Assembly: GCA_905178155.1 (NCBI GenBank)
Contig: CAJINV010000001.1
Location: 12,259,832-12,323,831, forward strand
Direction of reading: 5' to 3'
DNA: 64,000 nt
DNA from: Amoebophrya sp. A120
Lineage: Eukaryota; Protista; Dinoflagellata
Shown here: one piece after another, positions 12,201-25,100 of the stretch
How positions within the stretch are numbered: the stretch's first letter is position 1
Layout: each line of letters begins with the position of its first letter
Translations under genes and position numbers: made by a program
Notes under the pieces: generated by a model
The model's input: only the letters and a program-made list of their open reading frames with translations
The model's database searches: none
Told to the model about the DNA's origin: nothing

Positions 12201-15200
12201 TGACCACGGAAACACGCAAAAGGAACATCGACGCAACTTGCGCGGAAGTCCAGCCGCCTACATTTCCAGCGCCCTGGACTCTTCTGATCCGGTTCAGAGT
12301 TGGCGCCGGAATCTAGGCGATTGGCCCGGCCTTGGAAGCCAACTCGCGAGGCGAACAGCTGCGCAGCTTCTGCTCAAATCCAGCCGCCCGCCTGCAAGGA
12401 AGCGCGCTGGGCCCTGCTGCTGAGGCCAAGGGCGCTGGAATATAGGCGTTTGATTTGATCACGGAAGCCCGCACGGCGAACAGCCGCGCAAGTTGCGCCC
12501 AATTCCAGCCCGCCGCCTACGCGAAGGCGCTCTGGGCCTTTCATTCTGGCGTGGCCCAGGGCGTTCGTTGGTTGGAATGTGGGCGGCGGTCTTGGGCACG
12601 GAAACTCACACGGAGAGCACCTGCGCCGCTTGCGCCCAAAGCCAGTCGCCCGAATTCCAGCGCCCTGGGCCCTTCTGCTGTGGTTCAGAGTGAGCGCTGG
12701 AGCCCACCTAGGTGGCGGGCTTGGCCCCGGACACTCGCAAGGCGAACATCCGCGCTACCCGCGCGCAAAGCCAGGGTCCAGGGTGTTGGAATGTAGGCGG
12801 CTGGCTTGGGCAAGGAAGCTCGCAAAGTGCGCGAACATCTGCGCAACTTGCGCTCAAATCCCTCCGGCCCGCTTTGTTCCAGCGCCCTTGAATGATCCTT
12901 CTGGCGAGGCCAAGGGCGCTGGAGTGTAGGCGGCTGACTTGGCGGCCTTGGAAACTCGCAAAACAAACAGCCGCGCAGCTTGCGAACGCGCAAATGAATC
13001 CGGCCGCCTACATTCCAGCGCCCGCCCTGGACACTTCTGGCGTGGCTCAGAGCGCTGGAATGTAGGCGGCTGCTGCGGCTCAAAGCGCTGGCTTGTATGT
13101 AGGTGGCGGGGTTGGCCACGGGAACGCGCGCAGCGAACATCTGCACCGCTTGCGCTCAAATCCAATCGCACACATTCCAGCGCCCACCCTGGGCCTTTGT
13201 GGCGACGCTCTTCGCGGTCGCTAGTAGTAGTTGAGCCGACTGGCAACTGCGGGGCGCCCTCCCCTCCGGTTGCGTGGTGACTCAAGCGCGCCGGAGGAGC
13301 AGGAGGCCGAGCCGGCCGCAAAGCTAGCGGGCGAAGGAAGCAAGATGGTGGCGGTCGCGAAGCCGAAGGCGGTGCCGAGGCCGAGGCCGAGGCCGAAGAG
13401 CAAAGCAAGCCGCGGGCGGCCCCAAAGAAAGGCGAAAGCCGCCCCGAAGGCCAAGGCGTCGGGCAAGCAAGGGGAGGGGCAAAGGCAAGAAGAAGCAAGC
13501 GCGCTGGCTGCGTAGCGCGACGGAAAGAACCGAAGCGGCCCCGCCCGCCTTGAAACTAAAGCGGCTCCGCCCGCCTTTGGAAGAATACTTACAGACGAAA
13601 GAAAAGCGGCGCCGCCCGCGCCAAAAACTAAACGAAAGAAACCACGGCGGCGCCGCCCGCATTTGAGACTGCAGCGGCCCCGCCCGCACTTGGCCGAACA
13701 ACCCGCCGAAGGGCGTGGCGCCGTGGGTGATTCGGGTCTTGGTTGCCGTTGTTTCGGCCCCACGCAAGTGCGAGACCCGCAGCGCCATCGTAAAGAAAGA
13801 CGAACGAAGACCCCACGCGCATTGCAAACCAACCTTCTTGGCGTCGCTCGACGGCGTCCGCCCGAGGGCCCCCGAAGACCCCCCGAAGACCCCCCGAAGG
13901 CCCCCGGAGACCCCCCGAAGGCCCCCCGAAGACCCCCCGAAGGCCCCCCGAAGGCCCTTGGTCGGAGGCCCCCCGATGGCCCCTTGAAGGCCCCCCGAAG
14001 GCCCCCCGAAGGGGTGCCTCGAGAAAAACAGAAATTTACTACGCCGAAGGCCCCCCGAAGGGGGTTCAATGAGCCCCCGAAGGGGGGGGTCAACGGAGCC
14101 CCTTTGGGGGGCCTTCGAGGGGCCTTCGGGGGGCCTCGAAAAACGAAGGGGTACCCAAGGGGGGTCAATGAACCCCCTTCGGGGGGTCGAAGACCCCTCA
14201 ACGACCCCTCAATGACCTTAATCATCATTAATAGTAGTTAATTTTTGAAAACCCTTACTTTCTATTTCGATCTTGTTTGTCAGATTTGAAATCGTCCTCT
14301 TCGTCTTCGACTGGATCAGCGGCTTGTTCTGAAGTAGTACCGTTCCCCCCCGACGCCACAGACTTGCTGTTTGCTACGATTCTCTTCCGAAGGGGAAAGA
14401 GTGAGGAGGCGGCAGACGTTTTGAAAAGCATCCTCGAGGAGTGCAACAGGAAGCTGGTGACGATTAAAACAACGACACCTAGTACCGACGTGGAGCTCCG
14501 GGAACAAGCAGCCCATCTTACGCCTTCCCAAGAAACAGGATCTCGTCTTTCGAACAGCAAAGATGCGGGTGAAGTAGACAACTACAGCCGTAGTGAGTGT
14601 CAAAAGATCAGGCAAAGTGCTCGGGATTTGTACGAGCAGGTGCGCGTTGAGGTGCTGCGGCAGCGAAAAAAGGCCAAGAAAATTTGGAGCGGTGCGTTTC
14701 TCGGTGCAGCTGGAAAGACAGAGCTAGACCGGCTCAGCGAACAGAAGAGCACCTCCTCCCTTAACAAAGGCGGTTTTACAACAAGCCTGAGAGACACGGC
14801 CTCCTCCGTCGCAACGGCCTCCACCGTCGATGAGAACTCTTCGGCGACATCAAGTCTGCCCGCTTCCAACTCCGCAACCAGCTCCGGCGCTAGCAGTTCG
14901 GGATCCGGGTCCTCCTCCTCGGCTAGCGGAGAAGAGGACATGATCGAATTGGCGCACGTCGGGCCAGCAACGAAAGAATCTTCTGGCGCTGGTGCTTCAC
15001 GAAACAAAGTGTTGAAAGTAGATGACAAAAAAAAAGCAACGACAAGAAATGGCACTAGCTCAGAAGATACAAACATCTCTACTTCAACTTCTACTTCGAA
15101 GAGCTACAACTTTTCCTTCCCCTCCTCGCTGCAGCGGGCCTGGAACGTTGTAAACCCACTGCAAAACGCCACTGCAGAAGAGGAAGACGCATACTTCCTC

Positions 15201-15308
15201 GATAAGATTCGCGGAAAGGTTCCGGAAGTTTCCCTGTGGTCAGGGTTCCTAGAAGACATCGCCGCAATTTTCTCAGAAATTTGCAACCGCCGACAAAAGC
15301 CTGAATGA
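9228..15308 (+). CDS. Hypothetical helical/TPR-like, Ser-rich protein; 2 exons (9228-9900, 14284-15308) around a 4.4-kb GT-AG intron
   Basis: Phase-1 donor G|GTATCT at 9901 matches phase-1 acceptor tttgtcAG| at 14283. The join reads AEAQAKRALQLRAGI-DLK...DLLFATILFRRGKSEEAADVLKSIL, resembling a TPR helix pair. An alternative acceptor at 10020 cannot be excluded. Confidence 0.55.
11170..13200. repeat. Degenerate tandem array of ~16 units (~120-135 nt), each with an internal ~20-bp inverted repeat
   Basis: Recurrent unit gctcaaatcc-AGCCGCCTACATTCCAGCGC-cctgggcccttctggcgtggctcaga-GCGCTGGAATGTAGGCGGCT-ggcttggccacggaaactcgca..gcgaacatctgcgc. Unit count was made by eye. Confidence 0.85.
13858..14200. 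repeat. 11-mer minisatellite (RCCCCCCGAAG) followed by inverted copies
   Basis: Tandem g/accccccgaag at 13858-14010. Reverse-complement copies (cttcggggg) at ~14124 and ~14177. Confidence 0.85.
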
Positions 15309-16138
15309 AAATGCACATATTATTGTGGACCAGGAGTTTGGTTGAAGTAGAAGTACTTGAGCCTAACAAGAATAAGAACGTCATCCTTGTTTCATCAAGA
15401 AAACGCAAATGCACAAGCTACAACGAACTCTATAGTCATTCGTGCTGAAGCAAGCTACCACTCAATGCTCTCTATTTCGGATGCAAATCCATCGCCCTGC
15501 GGTGTTGTGTACTTAACCACCCTCCAAGGCCCGTAGTTGCAGAGCCAAAGATAAAGATCTGGATTTTCTACACGACATTTTGTTTCGTTTGTGTAGGTTG
15601 AATGTTGTGACATTTCCCAAGATTGATAAGCAACACCTTTGTTATTGTTTCAAATGGAATTCGATGTTCTTCATCTTCATCGTGCGAAATAATTTTTGCC
15701 TCGTTGTTTACAAAGTGGTATCGACCTCGAGATAGTTGAGAGAAAACAAAAGCGCAACACTATGAAAAACGTCACACCGAGTGTTTCTGCTTGTCGAAAA
15801 TTGAAACGAAGATTTATTCCCAGGCGAAGTCAGTGCAGTACGCAGAAAAAATGCCCAGTGAAGGTTGTTTTTTTTTCTTTAGCTTCAGTTCCTCGTGTGG
15901 TCGTGTTGCTCGACACAGTGAAGGTTTTCGTTTCTTCTTTCAATTGCCTTTCGCAACATGATAATATCGGAAAGAACCAACAGCAGTTTTTCCGTTTTCA
16001 TTGAGCATGTAAGGAAAAGGCCTTTCTCTGTGTCTTGCTAAGTCTAAGGCAATCTGATTGTAGTGATCTTTATCTTCAAGTGCTACTTCTACAGTTTTGT
16101 GTAAGTCTTGTTGACACTTTGCAAAGGAAGTTTTCACC

Positions 16139-19100
16139 ATGCAGGGTACTTCGAGTTCGTCGAGCAGCTTCCTTGTGAACGCGTCCGTTCAGGCGGAGGC
16201 GTATGGCCTGCACAGATGGGACTGGAATTTCAACTGGAACAAGTTCGGCACTAAATTTTTTCTAGAAAAATGAAAAAAAAATGAAAATAATTCATGCTTG
16301 GCCAGCATCATGCGGATTGCGATGTGTTGTGGACTTCATATGAAAGCGTGCCACACTAAACCCAAACGCAAATCTAAGATCACCTATCGCAACAGTTTGA
16401 AGCACCACTTGTTCCAGTTGAAATCGCTCATTCCAGCTGAGCACGGCATAATCGGGAGAAAAAGTTTTTGTTCGACTACCAGAAGACCGGCGTCGAATGG
16501 TTCCAAGGTCTATACGCCAAGCGCAAGGGCGGCATTCTCGGCGACGAGATGGGTTTGGGCAAAACAATTCAGGCCTTGTCCTTTCTGGAGCACACTCCCG
16601 ACATCGAAGTTGCTCTGGTGTTGTGTCCTCTGTCGCTATTGGACGTGTGGGAGCGCGAGGCGAAAACCTGGGCCCCGCGTTTCAAGACCATCTGTCTCCG
16701 CTTGCAGAAACAATTCCGCAACAAGAAGCGGTCCAACTTGGCGCTCCAGAAAAAGTTTTCCTCCGCGCTGTTTCGCCAGTATATTTCCGTCCCCGCGGTC
16801 GGTGTAGTTGTACCGAGCGGAAGCAGCGGCAGTTCCTCATCAAGCGCCACTAGCACGGCGGTGGGTGGGTCATTATCTTCGTCGAGCAGCAGCGGCAGTG
16901 CAAGTGCGTCCTCGTCTTCCTCTAGTAGTGCGGCGATCGCGGTAGTCGCAGAACCGGACGTAAGTTCTTGGACGAGCAGCGCCGCTAGCGGTCCTCGCGC
17001 GAATAAAAAATCCGCTCTGTTGTTCGTTGCGAACCTGGATCTGCTCACGAACCGTCCAGAGCTGTTAAAGCAAATCTCCGTTCGCAAAGATCTCACGGAG
17101 CAGCAGGTACTGCTACCTAGATTGAATGAACTTAAACCGATGGATGACCACCCACGGCCAGCGCCAGCTGCTTTGGTTTTCGTGGAGAAAATGAAAATCA
17201 AAATAGTACCTGCGTTGTTTCATTGAAAAGACAAAGAGAGAAGATAGCAATAACTGCATTCTTACGTCTTCACTACTTTTCGTCATGTTTTTTTTTGGAT
17301 ACCATGAGATGATCCCCCTATTAAATCAACTTCAACTGAAACCGCAGATTCGGTTCCTGTTCAAGAAGAAACTGAAACTGCTGGAGAAGCTATCCAAGAA
17401 AAAAACATTGTAGGTGTAACTTTTTTGGAGGGACAGCATTACAAATTTGTCTGGCATGACAGACAGCAAAAACCTGTCATGCGCAGATAGAACGCGAAAA
17501 CGTCCTTTAATGGACCCTACGATGCATGCCAAGCATGACAAACGCAATCATCTTACATGTTGTGCATCACAAATTATAGTTATACACTAACAACGTTTTT
17601 TTCTTGGATAGAAGCACTCCGGCGACGATTTCATGCAGGACGCGGGGGCGCTGGATCCGGACGAGGAGGACACTGAGGACTCGGAGGGCGACAACCAGGA
17701 CGACAGCGACGACGCTGCGCCCCCAGTCGGTCGCTCGACGCGCAAGCGGCCCGCGTCTCCTAGTACACTAAACTCAGCCTCCAAGCGGCCCTTCCGGGAT
17801 CCGGCCACCGCGGTTTCCGCCCCAAGTCAACTTTCCGACGAGAGCAACGGTCTCATGGGAAAGCAGCACGTACTAGTTGCCCACGTCGGCGGATCGTTCT
17901 TGAGCACTTCCGCTGCATCAGCCGTTGCAGCTTCTGAGGGAAAGGATAAAAGCAGCAGCAACGTGTTGAATAAACCGCCCAGCAATAGTAAAGCTCCTCC
18001 GTCCCAGAAGCGATTTCGATCGTTTCTGCCGGACTCGAAATACCACTGGGACGTTATAACCTGCTCAGGTGTTACAATCTCAAACGTTACAATAGAATCT
18101 GAGATTTGTCTTGCATGACCAACATGACAGACTCGGACAGCGTCCCACTATTTGCAATACAAATTTCACCAGATTGTAGTGCGGATTGGGACTCCAGAAC
18201 TTGTCATGCGCAATCCTGTGGGAGTAGGGTAGATCATGCACTTCTTGCAACACAAATTCCAGATTCTATTGTAACGTTTGAGATTGTAACACCTGAGCGG
18301 GTTATAGACGTGGTTCTCGTGGATGAGGCCCACCGTTGCAAGGACCCTAGTGGAATATCAAATGTAAAAATGTCTGGGTCTGGAAGAATGCGCGATTTGT
18401 CATGCAGCTTTTCCATGACCCATGAGGTCTGGAATGCAGGGCCTAGCGTGACAGATTCTGTGCGATCTCTCTCATGCCTATCCTGCATGAGAAACCCCTT
18501 CCCGACTTGGTCAAAACTCGACGACTTTTGGTAATCATGCAGCACAGATTTTTGCATGCTTCAGATCTAGCATGACAAGTTCCAATTCTTCCAGACCCAG
18601 ACATTTTTACATTTCATATGGAACCCTGTCGCGCAACCTCCGGGCGGTCCAGGCGGTCGCGAAGTTTCTAATCACCGGCACGCCACTGCAGAACGAGGTG
18701 CGCGACCTCTGGAATCTGCACGACTGCTGCAACCCGGGGATCCTCGGCAATCTTCAGTCGTTCACGAAGAATTTCGCGACGCCGATTTTATCAGAGTCGT
18801 GCACAATCCTCGCTTCTTCTTATTTGTCGTGCAGAAACGCAAGAACTCCAGGCCCAGCTTTTCCTATTGCCTTGGCTTCTCGTGTCTATTTGCACTACCC
18901 CGCATGACAAGCTGCGGCACCGAATATACACTACTACGCCGGTTTTATTCCGCACACATATTTGTCATGAAGAAGCTTTATTTTTGACCCTGTTTTCTCT
19001 GTCTTTCTCTTTTGCCATTCTTCCCAGCAACTGACGGACGAAAAGAGGGCCGCTCTGTGCACTCTCATAGATCAACAAGGGCATGCTGAAGAACGCTGGG

Positions 19101-22100
19101 GAGCTGGACGTGGAGCTGAAGAACGTGCTATCGGCGCAGCTGCAAGACCGCACGCGACCCTACTACCTGCACCGCACCAAAAGGCAGGTGAAGACCATGG
19201 GCGAGGTGACCAAGACAGATGTGGTGCTGTGGCTGCGACCCACAAAAAAACAGGTAAAGTTCTACCAGACCGTGCTGCAGAACGCCAGTTTCATCCAGGA
19301 GGCGCGGGAGAGCGGAAAAATGGGCACCATGGTGTTCAAAGCTATCACATACTTGATATGAACTGCAAATATGTCTGGGTCTGGAAGAATACAAACTTGT
19401 GGTGCGCATTTTAGAACACAGAAAAATCTTTAATGCATAGGCAGCAAATGTTGCCCACTTTCTGTCACCAAAATGGGGCATTTTTCATGCGGATTCGGCA
19501 TCGCGGAAGCTTCTCGACCCCTGTGTTGCTAGAGCTTCCATGACAGACCTTCTGTGTCATGCAAAAACAGCTTGACTCTTCCAGACCCAGACATTTTTGC
19601 AATCCATATTTGAAAAAATTGAGCAACTCCCTGGTCCTCTGCCACCCGGATTTCGTCACGGCGGGCAGCTGGGTGGACTACGTGACCGGGCTCACGGATG
19701 ACCTGACCGGTCTCGTTAGTACCTCTATGCAGGAGCCAATAGGGATGGACCTGCAGCAGGTGGGCACTACACTGGAAAACAGAACCGCTGGCGCTGTCAC
19801 AGGACCTCGACCTGCAAAAATTGCTGCGGAGGTGCAAGCCAAAGAGAGCCGTGCGCTGCCTGCCACAACATCTTCGGGCACCAACCTTGCTGTGCTTGGT
19901 CTTCCAACCGATGAAATTACAGCCGAAAAAAGTATACTAAAGACTGATCTTCTCGACAGTGCCCACCACGAAGGCGGTCGAACAACTGGAAAGGACAACA
20001 TCACACACAAGAACACGTCAAGTAGTGCCAGCAGCTCTACGGCCGCAGCGGTTGCTTTCTCAGCTTTTCAGGACATGAATAGTACCGCCTCGAAAAAGAG
20101 CGCGATCGCGGAAGAGTCTGAGTTTTACGACGCAGCATCCGGCGACGAAACACCCTTGAAAGAGGCGGAAAGCGAAGACGAGTTCATGTCTAGTCCGGAT
20201 GAGGGCGTCGAAAAACTTCTAAATTACCCGGCGCCGGGGAAAAAACCCGACGTCCCCTCACCCCTTCGGAAGCGCAGTCCGCACAAATTTGCCGAGGAGC
20301 AGCCTGATGATCATGCCGGTATTGTCGCGCCGAACAAAGCCGCGATTGGCGGGGCAGCTGGTTCGGCAAGTTCTACTTCCACGACTGGTTTATTTGGCGG
20401 ATCGCGAAACTATTTTTCCGGCGCCCTCTCTGCCGTGGCAGCAGTAATCTTGCCGAAAAAATTGTCCTCTGCAGCTGGCGGCTCACCTCCTGATGGGGCG
20501 GAGGAATGGGTGGAAGGCAGGGGAGCTGCTGTTTCTGACGCTCGAGCGACCAGCTCCTTTTCATCGTCATCCCGAGTCGGTGCTTCAGCGGAGCTTCTGC
20601 AAGAGCCGAAACACGACAGCCTGAAACCAAACCAAATACACACTACTACTGGTGGCCCATCTACTCAAACTCACGCGAATGTTGGAGACATCGAATCGTT
20701 GGATGTGGCAGCGTCCTCGAGTGGTGGTCCTAGTAGTGCAGCTTCCGGCGCTTGTAATACTGTTGCATCTTCAATCCTGCTGCCAAAATCGTCACCAATC
20801 ACCGACGGGGCCGCCGGTGCGGCGTCTTTGAAAATAATGCCCTCCGACCCCGGCGGGAGCCAGCAGAGGCACGACGACGAACTGCCGAAAGCTCAGGGCG
20901 ATTCCTCCAACGCAGCTGCGCAGTCGCCCACGCAAAAGCGCCGGTCCTCATTACTGAAAAAGGAGGAAGTAAGCCTGATTTCCGGCGCCATTGAAGACAA
21001 GGCCGAGACGCTGATGCAGCTCCGGGACGACGCGATCAAGCTCGCTTTCCTGAGCGAGTTTCTGCCCGTGCTGATCGCGCGCCAGCACAAGATCTTGTTG
21101 TTCTCGAGCTCCACGAAGATGCTGGATCTGATCATGTGTGTGGTGCTGAAACCGCTGAAAATCCGCTGTCTCCGCTATGACCTGCTCAAACGTTACAATC
21201 TCAAACGTTACAATAGAACTTTGATTTTGTGTTGCATGACGAGCATGACAGACCCGGACAACATTCCACTTTCTGCAATACAAATTTCGCCAGATTGTAG
21301 TGCGGTTTGGGACTCCGGAACTTGATGTCATGCGCAATGCTATGAGAGTTGGCTACATAATGCACCTCTTGCGTCACAGATACAGATTTCGACACTCTAT
21401 TGTGACGCTTGAGATTGTAACACCTGAGCAGGTTATATCCGCATCGACGGGTCCACGGAAGTGGAGGACCGCAACCGCAAAGTGCAACGTATGGCGTTCT
21501 CAAACGTTACATTCTCAATTGTTACATGAATTTGTAATGCAAGACTAGCACAGGTGAGAGGGAGAGCCTTGCGCGTCTTGCATTACAGGTTTGGTGCGGA
21601 TTACAGTGCTATTTACCCCTCAGGACATTTGTCATGCGAAGCAGCTTGATCGTCTGGCGGGTCATGGTCATTTTGCATGACAAATCCATGCAACAGTTGA
21701 GAATGTAACAGTTGAGAACGCCATACAACGCTTCCAGAACCTGCAAGGGCGCAAGGCCTTCGACGTCTTTCTGGCGTCCACGCAGGTCGGTGGCGTCGGT
21801 CTTACCCTGACCGCCGCGGATCGTGTTGTGATTATCGATCCGAGCTGGAACCCGAGCACGGACCACCAGGTAAAAACATATAATTAAAAGCACTGAAGAA
21901 ACGCACTAAGTATGAAGTAAATAAGCATGGGCACGCTGTGGACAGCAACTACATGTCGAAGTATTACTGATGTCAATGTGCTAACTCGTCGCTCGTGATC
22001 TTGCTTTGGCCCGTCTAAAAGCAAAGCGTTAAGGTTAGTTTACTTTGCTATGCAGCTTATTGTTGTATTTCTCTTAAAAGCAAAGCGTTTAAGTCTGCAG

Positions 22101-25100
22101 GTTGCGCAAAGGAATCAATCACATGCCCGAAAATTGTGTTGCGTGGCAGCTAGTTGTGCCACGACCTAATTACTTGATATATTAAAAACGTGAAGTACGT
22201 GCGTGTAGTGTCTCGAACTACAAGGATGAAGATGTTTTTCTCATGCTGAAAACCCTGCTCACGTTCACCGTTCAAGTTTTTTCCAGAATCGACATTGCAG
22301 GCCATCGACCGTGCATTCCGCGTCGGGCAAACGCGCAACGTGGTCGCCTACCGCTTGATCGCCACGGGATTGATCGAGGAAAAAATGTTTCGGTACCAAG
22401 TGTTCAAACAGGGCCTTGCGAAGAGCTGCCTCGTTGCCGCCGGCGCGGACCACCACGAGCGAGAAGACGTCGTCTCGGCGACATCCACCGACCTCGTTGC
22501 CGCTCGTGGTCATCTTGACGGGAAAATAAACGCAAGCAGTAGTTTCGGGGAAAAAAATAACCCGACTTCTTCTTCGTCGTGTTCTGCTGAAGATACTTCT
22601 GGGGAGAGTATCGTAAGGAATACAGCCACGACAACTGTCACGATTGAGGCCCAGACGCTATCAAGTGTAAAAATGTCTGGGTCTGGAAGAATGCAAGTTT
22701 GTCATGCTTGTCTCACATGACTCTTGCATTTGTCGTGCGCATTACTCAAGACCCCCATTTTTCTGTCATGCAGAAACGTTCTTGTCATGCAGATTAGGCA
22801 ACACCAAGAAGCTCAGAAACTTGTCATGCTGAGCCAGCACTTGTGGCCTCCTCATGATACGCCGCCCAGCATCACAAGTTTCCAGACCCAGACACTTTTG
22901 CATTCGATAGACGCGGTATTTCACCAACAAGGACATTCACGACCTTTTCGAGTTCCTCGAGCCGTATTCCCTGCCAATTTACCATGCAGCCCAACATCTT
23001 CCGAATTGTCATGCAAAACGTGACGTAAAGTCGTGTCGAGTTTATTTGTCATGCGAAAAATGGATGGGGAAAGATGGTTGATTTTCAGCGGATAAGGCGG
23101 AGCAGCTGGACACTTGCAACCGGTTGGAGGAGGAGCACGGCCGCCCCGACGCTGCCTGGGAAGCGTGGCTGCGAGACAGCGAAGACTTGCAACATTTTTC
23201 CACGACACAGCCACAAGGATTTTTGAAACCTGTCGATGACGACGACGAGGATGAAGTAGAAGAACAAGCATCTGCCCCGGCAGCAAAGCGGCGCAAGAAG
23301 GAAAACCGAGTCGAGGGCGCTGATCCACCTCATAGTACTGAAGTTGGCGTGAAAGGACCGGCTGCGGAGAAAGGCACTGGTGCCCGAGTCGCTGCGTTAC
23401 AGCACATGGTGTTGGGCTTAAGTGACTACAACTGTTTGTTCGGACACCGGGGCGGCAAAACCAAGATCACGTTCAACCAGGAGGAGCATGAGAATCTATT
23501 CCTCGATAATGCTGACCAACTATCTGCTGTGCCGTCTGGCTCTGGACCGGCCGGGGCGAGTGGACCGGATGCTACAACTCCTGGTGACGGGATTACTATG
23601 GACCAACACCGCAAAGTGTCCAAGTTGTCGTCCTCCGCGGGAGGCGCCAGTGAAAAGCAGCAAGACCCAGATACGCAGATGAAGAAGGACCTGGACCAGA
23701 GCCTCCAGGGGCTACCGATCGCGGAGCAGAAGCGCCTTCTGAAGAAGGAGGTGACCCTACCCTGTGCAAAAAAGTTGTACCCGTTCTTACCCACCACATT
23801 TTAACTGATCAAGAGGGGAAATCAATAGCATGTTGTACAAACTCGAATCCTCCTGCGCATTTTTGAATTCGTGGTTCGCACCAACATCGGCCACTTCAGT
23901 ACGCCACTTGTTTTTTCTTGCTGTCGCTTTGATTTCAGCATTCCAACGAGCTCCCATACAAGACTCGAGGGTTATTGATAGATACCTCTCACGGGGACGA
24001 GTCGTGTCCGCGTGCGAACGCTCGGCACTCCCAAATTTGCATACTACTTCACCCGCTGGAGCCCTCCTCCTCAGGGTCAGGGTGCAGGCATCTGCATGAA
24101 AACACAATTTAGTTTTACAATCGCAATACCAATTCCAATTCTTATAAAATATATCGCATGACAACTGGTGGGGCGGGAACGCGTATGTGTTTGAACAGAA
24201 TAGACCGAACTGTCTCGGAAGGTGATGGAGTGCTCGCTGAAGCGGCAGAAGGCGGAGAACGACCGGAAGGATGCGTGTGCCGCGGTGGCCGCAGCGGAAC
24301 AAACATTGAAGGACAAGATCGAGGCGAAACGGACGAAGAAAGCGGCGGAGAAGGGTGCCAAGCAGGAGTGGCTTGCCGAGAAGCAGGCCCTGGAGGACGT
24401 CGAGCGCGCCAGGCGGCTGGCCGAGCGGTCACTGCAGGCCGCCGAAAAGGCCGAAAAAGGGCTGCAGCAGGAACGGGACGCCGCCGTGAAGAAGCACCAA
24501 GACGCGGAGACACGGCAGCAGACCGCTAAACTATCATAGCGAAAAAAGCCCCCACCCCATATCGGAAACGGAAGACGCGCGAATTTGTGATGCTGTATCT
24601 GAGTACACAAATCGACTTGTATTGCTAGCAGGCCAAGAGACGAAGCTGCGGCATGAATTGCAGGTAATCTGTCATGCTGTTTCCCACTTCCAGTTGCCTC
24701 CTGCCATCCTGGAGCTGCAAGGCTCTCCCACGCTAGGCAGCACTACAGTCCGTATCTTTTGCCTTCTAGCATCACAAAGCTAGTTTGTGACCACAAATCT
24801 GCATCACAGATTTCCGTTTTGATATGCTGGGGAGGGGGCATTTTTCATTGTAATAGAAACTCGAGTGCGACCAGGCGGAGCAGCGCATGATATCCTGTGC
24901 AAAAGTATCGCACTCGTAGTAATTGCTGTTATGCATTACAAATCTTGTTCCCAAGGCAAATCTCCATTACAAATTTCATTTCTCATGCTGAGGAAAGTTG
25001 TATATGCATTTATACGAGCACGATGCTTTGTTTTGCATTTCATACATGAAGGAATTCGACCACCTGCTGACGGATGCCGAGAAACAGGCCTTGGACGATT

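Noticed and set aside
11170-13200. Palindromic regularly spaced array as a CRISPR locus
   Set aside because: The inter-hairpin sequences are homologous rather than unique spacers, repeats are degenerate, there are no cas genes, and the context is a eukaryotic intron.
10100-14241. Long ORFs (e.g. 10612-12147, 13221-14228) as genes
   Set aside because: They are translations of GC-rich tandem repeats lacking the host codon pattern, with ORFs open in many frames.
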